Shown: one piece after another, positions 14,096 through 26,952 of the stretch
Layout: the number at the start of each line of letters is the position of its first letter
How positions within the stretch are numbered: the stretch's first letter is position 1
NCBI GenBank assembly: GCA_951406725.2
Contig: OX597820.1
Location: 45,818,001 to 45,882,000 of the forward strand
Direction of reading: 5' to 3'
Origin: Octopus vulgaris
Taxonomy: Eukaryota
DNA: 64,000 nucleotides
The notes under the pieces: generated by a model
What the model saw: only the letters and a program-made list of their open reading frames with translations
The model's database searches: none
What the model was told of the DNA's origin: nothing
Translations under genes and position numbers: made by a program

Positions 14096-14208
14096 GTGTG
14101 TAAAGTATAACTTGAGTAACATTCCAGACTTTGAAACTTTGTATGTCCAAACTCAGGATTTTATACTCTCATGCAATGGCGAACATGTTAGAAATGCAAC
14201 TAGTAGCT
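14096..14208 (+). CDS. COPS3: COPS3 exon 3 (CVKYNLSNIPDFETLYVQTQDFILSCNGEHVRNATSS)
   Basis: ttaag| acceptor, |gtaagt donor; 113 nt. Confidence 0.95.
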
Positions 14209-14269
14209 GTAAGTATCTTTTTGTCTAACATAACATTTCTTTTCCTTGTTGTTATTGTTGCTTTTATCT

Positions 14270-15830
14270 GATGGCCTCACTTCAAGCAGTTGCTTTTGTG
14301 ATGTATCTCGTAATGCTGTGTCAGGAATCTCTGTCCTGCATTGGTTTTTGAAGATCCTCACTTTCATGTTGCATGTGTGTCTGACAATAACATCAGTGTA
14401 GTTGAGTGATCTTCATGTTTTGTTAGACTGCAGTAATTTCCAAAATAACACATCCAAGCTAGCATGTTGTTCAGCATGATATCTATGGTCAGCGAAGTCT
14501 ATCCTGTTTTGAGCAATGATAATAGTGATAGGTGGAATGTTTCCACAAACCTCCTCTTTGGTCTTGAGCTCATGCCATGAGATGTTTTGAGTCCTCATGG
14601 TATATACACTTGAGCCTGATGTATATACCATGAAGGTGCTCTTGAAGCTTCTTTATAATTGGTTTCATCTCTATAGAGAAAATGCTCTCTACATATGTCC
14701 TTGTTGACTTTGAAAAGCTTAATTGCCAAATGTTTTGAAGTTTGTTAGAGGCACTCCAGACTAATAGATTGCATGTAAAGAAGTCTTTTTTTAACTGTTG
14801 GCAATGTATGCTACAAGGTATTTGATGTCATTGACTTCCTTGTGTTGTGTGCATTGTTGAAACACAATGGCAGGTCGCTTTCATCTTCATTGATGGTCAT
14901 GTAGGATTAAGTCTTTACATTGAGAAACAGACTGATTTTGACTGCAGTATTCTCAAGTGATGTTAACTCACAGTTGTTGAACTGTGAAAGCAAGATCAAC
15001 AGCATAGTCAAAGTCAGAGAGGGACAGGATCCAGGCACTGCTGATGTCTTGATTGTTTCTGCTGGATGGTGTGCCTTTGTCTAGTATAGCATCAAGACCT
15101 TGTTTAAGGATGTAGTCCCCTACTGTTACAAGGAGAAGAGGAGCGAGGGTGTCTCCACGAAGGATTCCTGCTGTTGTTAGAAACTCTTTAGTCGGGCCAT
15201 CTTTACTTTGCTCAATGTTTTATGGGTTTTTATAAATGATTGTAATGGCTTTGATCTGGGACAACATAGTTCAACAAAATATGTGACAAGGCTTTTCTGT
15301 TGATACTATCAAATACCTTGGAGAGACTGGCTCCTGTGCTGGTACCATCCAAATGTGGCCGATGCCAGTGCTGCCTGACTGGCTCCCATGCTGGTGGCGT
15401 TTAAAAAGCACCCACTACACTCTCGAAGTGATTGGCATTAAGAAGGGCATCCAGCTGTAGAAACATTGCCAAATCAGATTGGAGCTTGGTGCAGCCTCCT
15501 GGCTTGCCTGTCCCCAGTCAAACTGTTCAATCTATGCCAGCATGGAAAACAAACGTTAAATGATGATGATAATGAAATCCACGAGTACAATTAATACCTT
15601 TTGTTTGACGATTCTGAACACTTCTTCAATTCTTCGTAGGGCAAGGATTTGTGATAGTGTTGATCTACTTTTGTAGAAACCATTTTGATTCTGTCTTACA
15701 ATAGCATCAGTGTGAGGGGAAATTCTGTAAGAGAGTATACAGTAGTAAATGATTGTGACAAGAGGTGAGAGTGTTATAGCTCCTCTCGGCTTTGATAAGA
15801 TATTTATGGTTTTGTTGTAGAGGAGCAGAT
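14270..15830 (-). mobile_element. Degenerate LINE reverse transcriptase fragment, interrupted by an RTE 3'-end copy (~15323-15572)
   Basis: QNGFYKSRSTLSQILALRRIEE...VLVDF (ORF 15556-15852) and, further on the same strand, GILRGDTLAPLL and a degenerate YADD-like segment. Confidence 0.75.
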
Positions 15831-16637
15831 CTGTTGTGGGTTTGTTGTACACTATTGTTATACATTATTATTTAAACCACAATATAACCCACTACATTGT
15901 GTATATATATTTCTTTGCTGAGATCCTGTTTGAAGTCTGTTTATTTGGCAATAAACTTAAAATAGGGGATAATTTAATCAGCTTCAGCTATTATGTAATA
16001 AATATCACCATTGTTTTAACATCAGCTTTTCCATGCTTTCATCGGTCAGATGAAACTTTATTGAGGTAGATATTTGCTTTAGCGTGATACTCTTCCTGTC
16101 ACCAACTCTCGTCTGTTTACGAACAAGAGAATATTTCCTCTAGTCTACTGAACTGTGAAAAACCCAGACATGTTTTCACAGAGAATTGTGAACAAAAGAC
16201 CCTATTTGCAAGAACTGTGACACTTTGCTTACAATCAACATGCAAATATCAAGACAGTAAAATATGCATGCATGTGCGCACATACACGTGCAGTGGATTT
16301 CTTTCAGTTTCTATCTATCAAATTTCACTCACAAAGTATAGACCAGCCTGCAGCTCTAATAGATGACACAGCTGGCAGTGGGAGCGAACTCCAAGCCATG
16401 TAGCTCTGGAGCAAACTTCTTAACCTCACCACTATTCCTGCTCCTACATACACACACACACACACACATTTCTTTACTGATATGCATTATAAAGTTTGCT
16501 TATTTGGACCATGAACCTTACGTAGGAAATTATAAAAGACCAAAATGGTTGGCAATATGTATTTCATGGCAAGACCCACCCACATCAACATAACAGCTCC
16601 AGCTGAGCAGTGTGTGTGTGTATGTATGTATGTGTGA

Positions 16638-16676
<39 letters not shown>

Positions 16677-17542
16677 CATGCACACAATTGCACAATTTAT
16701 CCCCCAACCTCATTCCCTTCCTCCTCCAGACACCCACCACCTCCCTAACAGCAGTTCCTTGTTGATACTATAACTACTACCCAGAACCACTTTACTCATT
16801 ATCCATTGTTCATCCATTAATTCTGATCTCTACCCATACTTTCATTGATCATTCCCACCCACCACCACTACTGTGCCACCAAATTATGTCTCCTCCCTAT
16901 TATCTTACACCCCCTCCCTCATACACTGTACTGGCCTCTCTTTCTCTCTCTTTTGCCCCATCCACTCCTGCCACCTACCCAACAGTATGTCAGTTCTCTT
17001 TCATCCCTCCTTTTACTGTATCATCATCATCATCATCTCTATTCTGCTACCCACTTCCAGACATCCCTCACTCCTCCCCCACCTTCTTGCAGCACTCCTA
17101 CCCTACTCATTCATACCCACCTTGTAACCTGAAGGTTCATTCTAACCCCCATCACAAATTTCCAATTCCACCCCCAATCCCTCTTTTCTAAAATGTGAGT
17201 AGTCATGTAGCTCCTCTTCAGCAAGTAACCTACTTAGACTTTACTCTTCTCTACTCCTTATTCTCTTAGCACTTGAGGTCGGTAGTCTTGAAACTGCATG
17301 GCAATTTCACTAGTGCTGGTAGCATCAAAAATATCACCCACCTCATACAGTTAAGTGGTTGGTATTAGAAAGGGCATCCAGCCATGGAAACCATGCCAAA
17401 GCATAACGTAGTCCCTTGATTCATTGGATCTTGTCAAGCTATCCAATGCATGCCAGCATGGAACATGGATGTTAATTGATGATGAAATTTAAAATAAGTG
17501 AAAATTAGTTAACTTTAGCTATTATATAACAAGTAAGATAAA

Positions 17543-17853
17543 GGTAAAGGCCCCTTTGGTCATGAATGACCATGGCATTTACACCTAGAAAGTTCCCCTG
17601 CGAGGCACACCAGCAGTCGTCCATGCATATCAGCCTCCCCTCTCCATGCCACTGATGTTGTCCAAGGGAAAGGCAAAGGCCAATACAGCTTGACACCAGT
17701 GACATCACATCTCATTTCTACAGCTGAGTGAACTGGAGCAATGTGAAATAAAGTGTCCTGCTGAAGAACACAACACACAGCCTGGTCTGGGAATCGAACT
17801 CACTACTTCATGATTGTGAGCCTGATGCTCTAACCACTGGGTCATGTGCCTTC
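17543..17853 (-). mobile_element. tRNA-derived SINE (family D)
   Basis: A/B-box-like head (cagtggttagagcatcagg...gagttcgattccc) and tccttgagcaagacac-type core; related copy on + at ~44118-44450. Confidence 0.75.
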
Positions 17854-18006
17854 AGTTACTTGACATAACACATTGAGTGATCCTTGTTTTTTCTGAATGG
17901 TTAATGTGTCTTCCATGCTGTAATGGTTTTCGTTTCAACATATGGTCTCATGTCAGACAAGTGCTTCTCCAAAATAATAGCTGTTTTCTTCTTTAATATT
18001 ATTTTA

Positions 18007-18351
18007 ATATTGTTATATTTTGGGTTGGTGATTTTTCGTTTTTTTTGCCAAATAAACACAAGCACTATTTATTCATTCTTCATTTGTTTATTATTGTTCT
18101 TATTTTATCTTGTGTCCTTTGTCTGGAAATCTTCTGTCACACATCTGTGACCTCTTCAATGACTAGGTGGAGCAGGAGGATACACTTGGATGGAAAGTGT
18201 AACTGAAGAGGTCACAGATGTGTGACGAAAGAATTCCAGACAATAGACATAAGACAAAATAAGGATGATAATAAATGAGTGAAGAACAAATATATAATGT
18301 ATGTGTTTATAGGCAAAAAAAAAAAATGACCATTCTGAAATATAACAATAT
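18007..18351. repeat. Long imperfect inverted repeat (~150-bp arms, ~44-nt spacer) containing hammerhead-like cores
   Basis: Arms 18007-18158 and 18203-18351 are reverse complements; + strand reads CTGAAGA-G-GTCAC-AGATGT-GTGAC-GAAA at 18203-18230. Confidence 0.85.
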
Positions 18352-18476
18352 CTGTTTCAACACATGATTTCACTTCAGGAATCTTGCAACACAAATTCAT
18401 AAACATATTATTTTAATATTTTTTGAATATTGATAATTTACTTTTATTTAAACGAAACGTTTGCTTCTTTGTTTAG

Positions 18477-18529
18477 TTGCTGATCTTTGTCACAAGTTTA
18501 CTCAATACTTGATGGACAGCACAAGACAG
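18477..18529 (+). CDS. COPS3: COPS3 exon 4 (FADLCHKFTQYLMDSTRQ)
   Basis: gtttag| acceptor, |gtaagt donor; 53 nt, restores phase 0. Confidence 0.92.
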
Positions 18530-19231
18530 GTAAGTGCCATGATTATATATGTACTTTACAACTGCAATTGTAGCATATGATTTCACCTCCTGCCCTCATG
18601 AATACAGTCTCGAGATGCTTAAACTTCTTAAAAAAAACTGACAGAATTTTATGTTTATCACCAAAACAAATAGATTTATAAATCTTATGTCAATCTTTTA
18701 TTGAAAAATTTTCAACATATCTGTAACCCTGCATACTTCAAATTGCTCCTTAGTATTGTGAAACTAACTGCACTGCTAACTGAATGTTCTTCTTTAAGCT
18801 CAGCTAAATGGTTACTCCATCTTGGGGATGGAGGTAAAGAAAACGATTGCTGCCAAATTGAAGAAAATGCTTTTGTGGACAAATAAGAGGGGTCCAACAG
18901 GAATGAAAATAAAATTATAAACAAAATTCAAAATTTATATACTTTTAACACATTGAACATGATAAACACATATAGAAGTGAGTCTAAAAAAAAAATGCAC
19001 CCGATTTCTCTCAAATCATCATTAATTCTGGGACACCCTATATTTACTACTCTGACTAAATGGGGGAGGAAACACAGAGGGCACTAATTGCAGGTGATGA
19101 GCATAGCTTCTGGAAGTGGTCATGCAGTCAAACTCAGATGGCTGTGAGTCACAACAGCAGTTTTTTTTTTTTTTGTATGAATATTTTGCATTATATAGTT
19201 CAGACATGGATGACATAGAAAGCAGACATGC

Positions 19232-19866
19232 TACTGGGCCAGGCTGTGTTGTGCAGGATTGGAAACTTGAAACCTCAACAGGGCACTTCTGGCAAATGGA
19301 TGAATGGGTTTATTGTGCCTTTACCCAGCTGCACACATGCACACATAGCCCAGTGGTGCACGGGATGGTAACATGAAGGGCGCTGACAAAAGTTTTAATG
19401 TTCTTCTCATTTCCTCTGTAGAATTGGACAAAAGGTTTTAATGAAATATTATATGCTATTTATAATGCATAAGTAGTGTCAATATTTTATTGTTGGAAAA
19501 TGGCCTAAAACAAAGATAATACCCAGTGCAGTATACTCAAATCTGATTAATCTGCATTTTTGTTGGAAATTTATTTTAGTCAATAGCAATTCGAGGAGCC
19601 TGATTAATGTTTGTTGCTAATTTGGAGAAAAGCGACTGGATACTCTTCAAGTTATGGGCCTTAACACAGTGAAAATGCCAAAAAAATGCGGTTTATCTGC
19701 CCCTGCATTAGGCAAGAAGTTGAAAATTGTTTTGGCCCATGACACTCCATGGACCTTATGTAATGCATGTGTAAAATTCCATTAAAATTGTTTGGGTGGA
19801 TCTCAAGTTTTAATGACATGACAAACACAGAGACAAACACACATCCTGTATCTTTTTATATATAGA
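19232..19866 (-). mobile_element. Possible degenerate Helitron-like element just upstream of exon 5
   Basis: Minus strand starts a|TCTATATATAAAAAG...tgtgtgtttgtctctgtg like the element at 274; the 3' end is only weakly recognisable. Confidence 0.35.
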
Positions 19867-19897
19867 TAAACATTAATTCATTGTTGTCTTTTTCCAG

Positions 19898-19999
19898 CCA
19901 TCTCAAGCAATGCGAGGAATACCCATCTTAATTAAAGCCATCACCAAGATTCAGCTGTTTCCCTCCCAGCTAACTTCTATTCATAGTGATCTCTGCAAG
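19898..19999 (+). CDS. COPS3: COPS3 exon 5 (PSQAMRGIPILIKAITKIQLFPSQLTSIHSDLCK)
   Basis: tttccag| acceptor, |gttaga donor; 102 nt; QLTSIHxDLC motif. Confidence 0.93.
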
Positions 20000-21343
20000 G
20001 TTAGAAATTTTCATGTTAATTCTTTTCTGGTTGCCATGCTATCCCTATTGTGACTTATACTGACTGAAGTCTGTGTTACTACTATGAATATGTTTGATGC
20101 GATATTATTACAGAGTTGAAGGTGGCATGCTGGCAGAATCATTAGCATGCCAGACAAAATGCTTAGTGACTTTTCTTCTGGCTTTATGCTCTGAGTTCAA
20201 ATTCCACCAAAGTTGATTTTGCCTTTCATCTTTTCAGGGTTGGTCACTGGGACTGATGTAATCAACTTCCCCACTGCTCAAAATTGTTGGCCTTGTGCCA
20301 AAATAAGGATATTATTTGAGAGTTGATTAACCCTGTTCTAGCCACCAATATCTTTTCTACTTGATCTAGACTTGTACAAAATACGTATATGTGTTTGTAT
20401 ATGTCTGTATGTTATATTTCTGATCTCAGACTAGATGAAAGCATGATGTATCTGAAAAAGTTAGTTATAGGGGTTCTGTTTGAATGTATGAATGACTATA
20501 ATGATACTTATGTTTCATCTAAGCATTTAAAATCAACAGCAGTAACAGCTACACGTTATCAAAAGCTAATGGGGATTTCAAGCCAAAACAACCCTGTCTA
20601 AGCTAAACAATCATAGAAACCAGATGTAGAATGCCAGTGTAGCAAAATGATGTTTAACCCTTTAGCTTTCATATTATTCTGTTAAATGTAAAGCTTATTT
20701 ATTTACATCATTTTGAATGAATCCTGCATTGTCTTGTGACTTTGAGATTTTGATGAAGTAATTGGTTTAAGTGCTAAAGGGTTATCATCATCATCATCAT
20801 CGTTTAACGTCCGTTTTCCATACTAGCATGGGTTGGACGGTTCAACTGAGGTCTGGGAAACCAGAAGGCTGCGCCAGGCCCAGTCTGATCTGGCAGTGTT
20901 TCTACAGCTGGATGCCCTTCCTAACGCCAACCTCTCTGTGAGTGTAGTGGGTGCTTTTTACGTGCCACCGGCACGGGGGCCAGACAGGGCTGGCAACAGC
21001 CACAATCGGATGGTGCTTTTTACGTGCCAATGGCACGGAGGCCAGTCGGGCTGGCGCTGGCAACGGCCACGTTCGGATGGTTCTCTTACATGCCACCGGC
21101 ACTGGTATCACAGCTACAAATTCCATTGATGTTGATCGATTTCGATTTTGATTTTCACTTGCCTCAACAGGGATTTTTAAATATTGATAATGAGAAAGAT
21201 GATAGTGACAATTACAATGTTGATAATGACAAGTAAAAAGCTTGACATGAAACCTGAGTGTGCTTTCTCTCTGTCTGTGTGTCTATTCACAATGAGTTTA
21301 CTGTAATGCATCTGTTTTCATTCTTCTTATTTCTCTTTTGCAG

Positions 21344-21418
21344 TTGTGTTTGCAATCCAAAAACCTGCAGCCTGCCTTGCAGTTTTTAAATGTGGACTTT
21401 GTTGATATTGGCAATGAA
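21344..21418 (+). CDS. COPS3: COPS3 exon 6 (LCLQSKNLQPALQFLNVDFVDIGNE)
   Basis: ttttgcag| acceptor, |gtaagg donor; 75 nt. Confidence 0.93.
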
Positions 21419-22130
21419 GTAAGGAGTATTTTATTTTATATTTCTTATATCTAAAATTTACTTTGAGTGTACTCCTGTGCATGTATACTTTTTTCAGGAA
21501 GTGGGCTGCATGAGCCATGGCCTATCAGTTGGGCTGCACTACTAAAACAGTTTAAGGCAATTTTTCGTTGGCCAATCATTCAGAAAGTCCTGTAGGCTCT
21601 AGTTTGCCCATGACTGGTCTTATTCAGTTTTGATAATTATAAGAATAGGAAAACATAAATTACTGAATTTTGTTGTAAAGGATAATGCTTTTATCTGTAT
21701 GGGTGTAGTCTGTGGGTTGCAGGCATGGTCACATGGTGAAGAAATTTGCTTTGCAATCAGCAAGACCCCAAGTTTGATCTTATAGTATGAAACATTTGGT
21801 GTCTTCTACTCTAGTTTCAGTTCCACCCAAGTCTTGTGAATGAAATTTGGTCAATGGGAACCCAATGGTCATTGGATGCACTTCACCTTTAATTCAATGG
21901 CTCAGCTTGTTAAACTAATGCAATACATGGTGTCTCATTAATTCAGCCCTAGGATTACGTAAAGCATATATGGAAAACTCAGCCTCTAGTACACTGTAAT
22001 ACAATGGAGGAGTATTTTTGTAATTCTTAAAACACTAATGTCTTCATTTTTGAAATTACATCCATCTCCACATGTACACTTGATGGGGTTTCTATAAATT
22101 TTGTTAAACATTCTGTTTTTACTTCTGCAG

Positions 22131-22235
22131 GGAGGTCACTATGACGCCAAAGACTTCTTACTCTATTACTACTATGGTGGGATGATCTACACTGCTCTAA
22201 AGAACTATGATCGTGCTTTGTATTTCTTTGAAGTG
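22131..22235 (+). CDS. COPS3: COPS3 exon 7 ([35 protein letters not shown])
   Basis: ctgcag| acceptor, |gtaagt donor; 105 nt; diagnostic YYYYGGMIY motif. Confidence 0.97.
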
Positions 22236-22962
22236 GTAAGTAATTTTTGACCAAAATGTTGTAAGTAGAAATTAGTTGACAAAAATCTGTGGAAATCTAG
22301 TGTATATGTATGTGATGTATGTATCTATGTGTATGTGTGTATGCATATGTATGTGTGTATCACTGAAGGACATAAACCTCCAAAAGGAAAAGAGTGCTTT
22401 TTCCATGAACCGTCTTGTGATATTTGTTCTGTGTCAAGTCACATATACTCCCTTGTCATTTTCTCTGCTAGTAATGCATGAACCAGTTATCGGCTCATTG
22501 GAAACCTGCAATCAACAACACATTATTTTTTTTTTTTAATTACAGTATGTGCATGTGCATATTTATGTTACTGTCTTCTGACCATGACATCTTGTAATAG
22601 TTGTGAGTGTCAATGTCATGTAAGCAGTGTCCTTCATTTCCAGTCTTCTGTGATAACATGTCTAATCATGGGGAAATTTTTCCTTCCTTGAAAAGAAGTG
22701 ATTTTGGAAACAGGAAGGACATTCAGTCATAGAAAAATCTATGTAAAGAAATTCTGTCTCTGCCATGCAAGCTTGGAAATCTGCACACTAAAAATGATGG
22801 TGGTGATGAAGACTTGCAATCAAAGTATTGTAAGGGAAGCGACCCAAAATTAAACAGCTGAGTCACAACTAGCTAGTTAAGTGATGGATAAAGATTCTTA
22901 GAGCCTGATTGGATGAGGGATATTTTGGAATTAGAGGTAACTGTTGAATCAAGTGATTGTAC

Positions 22963-25553
22963 ATCATCATCATCATCGTTTAACGCCCACTTTCCATGCT
23001 GGAATGGGTTGGACAATTTGACTGAGGACTGGTGAACCAGATGGCTGCACCAGGCTCCAATCTGATCTGGCAGAGTTTCTACAGCTGGATGCCCTTCCTA
23101 ATGCCAACCACTCTGAGAGTGTAGTGGGTGCTTTTACATGCCACCAGCACGAGGGCCAGTCAGGTGGTACTGGCAATGGTTGTTTTTTACGTGCCACCTG
23201 CACAAGAGCCAGTTCAGCAGCATTGGCAACGACCTCGCTCAAATATTTTTTTACCTGCCACGGGCACAAATGCCAGTAAGGCCACACTGGTAATGATCAT
23301 GCTCAAATGGTGCTTTTTATGTGTCACTGGCACAGAAGCCAGTCAGCTTCTCTGGTAATGATCACGCTTGAATGGTGCTCCTAGCACTCCACTAGCACGG
23401 ATGCCAGTCATTGAATTTGATTTCAATTTCACTTGCCTCAACAGGTCTTCACAAGCAGAGTTTAGTGTCCGATGAAGGAAAGGTGCACATAAGTGGGCTG
23501 GTTACACCCCTGGCATAGGCCACAAGGTTATGGTCTCACTTGGCTTACTGGGTCTTCTCAAGCACAGCATATTTCCAAAGGTCCCAGTCACTAGCCATTG
23601 CCTTGGTGAGGCTAATGTTCGAAGGTCGTGCTTCACCACCTCATCCCAGGTCTTCCTGGGTCTACCTCTTCCACAGGTTCCCTCAGCCCCTACAGCGTGG
23701 CACTTTTTCACACAGCTATCCTTATCCATTCTCGCCACATGACCATACCAGTGCAATTGTCTTGCTTGCACACCACATCTGATGCTTCTTAGGTCCAACT
23801 TTTCTCTCAAGGTACTTACACTCTGTCAAGTATGCACACTGACATTACACATCCAGTGGAGCATACTGGCTTCATTCCTTGCAAGTTTACGCATGTCCTC
23901 AGCAGTCACGGTCCATGTTTCACTGCCATGTAGCATGGCTGTTTGTACACATGCATCATACAGTCTGCTTTTACTCTGACTGAGCGGCCCTTTGTCACCA
24001 GCAGAGGTAAGAGGTCTCTGAACTTTGCCCAGGCTAGTCTTATATTAGCAGCTACACTTTCAGTGCACCCACCCCCACTACTGACTTGGTTGTTTTTTAC
24101 GTGCCACCTATCAACTACTTCTAGTTTTTCTCCCTGGAATGTGGCAGAAGTTGTTCTCTGCACATTTTCAGTGTTTATTGCTTCACATACAAAAGCTATC
24201 TTCCCAGTTAGCCTTCTTTTGATATTGCTGCACCTCTTATGTGTCCATAGCTTACACTGGGTACATCTTATAGAGTTTCTCCTTACGCCTTTTCAATAGA
24301 TTGAGCAGAGCCATCTACCTGAAGAGATTTGTGGTTTGTCTGCCTTCCTACTTATTAGGACTTTGGTTTTAGCTAGGTTGACTCTAAGGCCCTTCGATTC
24401 TAAGCCTTGCTTCACACCTGAAACTTCTCCTAGTTCTGATAGCGACTCAGCAATTAGAGCAAGGTCATCAGTATAGAGGAGCTCCCAGGGGCATCCTAAC
24501 TTGAATTCCTTTGTTATTGCCTGGAGGACTATGATAAATAGGAGGAGGCTGAGGACTGAACCTTGGTGGACCCCTACCTCTACCTGGAATTCTTCACTGT
24601 ACTTGTTGCCAACCCTCACCTTATTGACAGCGTCCCTGTACATAGCTTGCACAGCTCTCACTAACCATTCATCTATCCCAATTTCCTCATCGACCACCAG
24701 ATAAGGGATTGGGGGACCCTGTCAAAGGCTTTCTCTATGTCAACGAAAGCCAGGTACAGAGGTTTATCTTGTATTTCTCCTGCAACTGTCTTACCAGAAA
24801 TATAGCATCAGTGGTGCTTTTCCCTGGCATGAACCCAAACTGAATTTCATCTAAACTGACTCTCTCCTTAATTAGTCGGGCTATGACCCTCTCCGTAACC
24901 TTCATTACCTGATCCAACAATTTGATACCTCTGTAATTATTTGTAACTAAAGCGTCACCTTTACTTTTATAGCAGTTGACTATGGTGCTGCTGCACCAGT
25001 CATTGGGTATGATTCCTTCATGTATCACCTTGTTAACTACATGGGTGACTAGGCTATAGCCAACACTGCCAGATATTTTGCACATCTCTGCAATGATTCC
25101 TGATGGGCCAGGGGCTTTCCCTGTCTTCATACTCTTAATTACTTTATCTACTAAGGTACTGTCAACTCGGAGAGCTGGTCCCTCTGTTGGGTCGACATTG
25201 GCAGACTCTCTTTCTCCCACTCATTCTCTATATTGAGCAACCTTTCATTGTGGCATCTCCAAACCTCTCTCTTTGCAGCCTCATTTAGTGCAAGTGAACC
25301 ATCATCCATGCGGACACATTTCTCTCCTACGACATCACGATTCTCTCTCACACACTGTCTTGCAACATGAAATACCTCAAGTCTTTGGTCTTCATGGCAC
25401 AGAACATTGGCAATTTTTTTCTTATCTGCTTCTCCTCTGGCTAAATAAACCTGTCTCTTAGCTTCCCTTCTGGCAGTCTGACACAATTCCCTGCTACCAC
25501 CATTCTTCCAGTCCTTCCAAGCTTTTTTTCTTTTCTCTAATAGCCCTGTCAAC
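22963..25553 (-). mobile_element. 5'-truncated RTE-clade LINE (RT domain + 3' UTR + (GAT)n tail)
   Basis: Frameshifted ORFs 25151-25576, 24735-25220 (KAPGPSGI...YRGIKLL...QFGFMPGKSTTDAIFLVRQLQEKY), 24293-24697 (GVHQGSVLS...LLYTDDLAL), 23502-23810 (WYGHVARM...GRGRPRKTW). Confidence 0.95.
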
Positions 25554-25986
25554 AATGATGGAGATATCACAAACACATCATGCTTGGAGTGAGTTCACTT
25601 TGCCCACTTTAGTTGTGGCCACCACTAGAATCCTCAGACCTACAAGAAAGTTTCTATGTGGTTTCTCATCTTGTTAAAAAATAGTAGTGAAATCTTTTCC
25701 AAATCATACCCCACTGTCTTATAAAAAAAAGTATTGTGGATGCATTGTTTAATGTGGTGTTGGATTCATTGTGTGTGAATAAAAGAGGCAAGGCTGTCAC
25801 TGCTGGAATGACTGAGCTTACACATTCTTGATTTTAGTTGACTTGTGGCTAAGTAACAATGATAGACACACAGGAACAAACTAGACATCATCAGTCATTG
25901 TCACCAACATTTTACATCTACTTTTCCATGTTTTAATATTTGTCAAAAATAACTAAAATGTTTGTTGATGTTTCATTGTTTTTCAG

Positions 25987-26076
25987 GCAATTACAACTCC
26001 CAGCATGGCTGTCAGCCACATTATGATGGAGGCTTATAAGAAATATATATTAGTGGCACTTATATTACATGGAAAG
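25987..26076 (+). CDS. COPS3: COPS3 exon 8 ([30 protein letters not shown])
   Basis: tttcag| acceptor, |gtaaga donor; 90 nt. Confidence 0.96.
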
Positions 26077-26561
26077 GTAAGAGAAATATTCTATTGTGTT
26101 GTATTATATTGCATGGTTAGGTTGGTGGTGGAGGCATATATGATATATATATTGTATAGTACTGCAAAGCAAAAGTAGCATTTATCTTTTGATATTGTGT
26201 TGCAAGGCAAGGTAGGGGGTCGTGTTTGTGGGGTTATACTATGTATTATCATACTACTGAGAGAGGAAATGGGAGAGGTGGGGTCATGTATTGTCATACT
26301 ACAGATAGAGGAAGTGAATTGTTATACATTGAAGGAAGGAATGGGTTGTTTTGTTATACTGCACAGAGAGAAAAGTGTTTGTTATACCACATAGTGTTAT
26401 GAAGGAGAGAATGAAGTTCTAGCTACTGTGATGGTAAGCTGCACAATAAATATATATGTATATATATATGTAATATCAGGGTAAGAAAAATATTAGAAAT
26501 TTTTACTACCAGTGACCTAGCATGTAGAAAAATTAGTCAATAGACTGTATATTATTCATAT

Positions 26562-26750
26562 AAATACAGTGTACATTTAAACACATAAGAGGTATCCATC
26601 ATAGGATACCTGGCACGCTATAAGAAATATCCTAAATCCAAACCCTTCGAAATTTATCCCTAATAGTGGTTTAGATTTTGGCTATTCCTTCTGGCGTGAC
26701 AGGTCTCCTATGATGGATACCTCTTATGTGTTTAAATATACACTGTATTT
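26562..26750. repeat. Fold-back palindrome, ~83-bp arms, 23-nt loop
   Basis: aaatacagtgtacatttaaacacataagaggtatccatcatagg... / ...cctatgatggatacctcttatgtgtttaaatatacactgtattt; flanked by (TA)n. Confidence 0.9.
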
Positions 26751-26755
26751 TTTTA

Positions 26756-26808
<53 letters not shown>

Positions 26809-26882
26809 TATATATAATTGTTAAGCAGGACATTAAGGCAAAGTAAACATCTCAAGTCATATACGATATTATTACAGGAAAA

Positions 26883-26952
26883 AATTTAAAATCTTACAGC
26901 TGTTTCTGAGATATCCTTGAGTATGGGATATTCCATCATCAGAGAGAAATTG
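26883..26952 (-). ncRNA. Candidate minimal type-I hammerhead ribozyme
   Basis: Minus strand: aattt-c-tct CTGATGA TGGAATATCC-catactcaa-GGATATCTCA GAAA CAGCTG TA| aga-tttt-aaatt. Core intact, stem II 9/10 pairs, palindromic stem III ACAGCTGT, GUA triplet. Confidence 0.7.

Noticed and set aside
16845-17191. Three overlapping Pro/His/Ser-rich ORFs
   Set aside because: A C/T-rich low-complexity tract upstream of an old RTE tail that lacks stop codons by composition.
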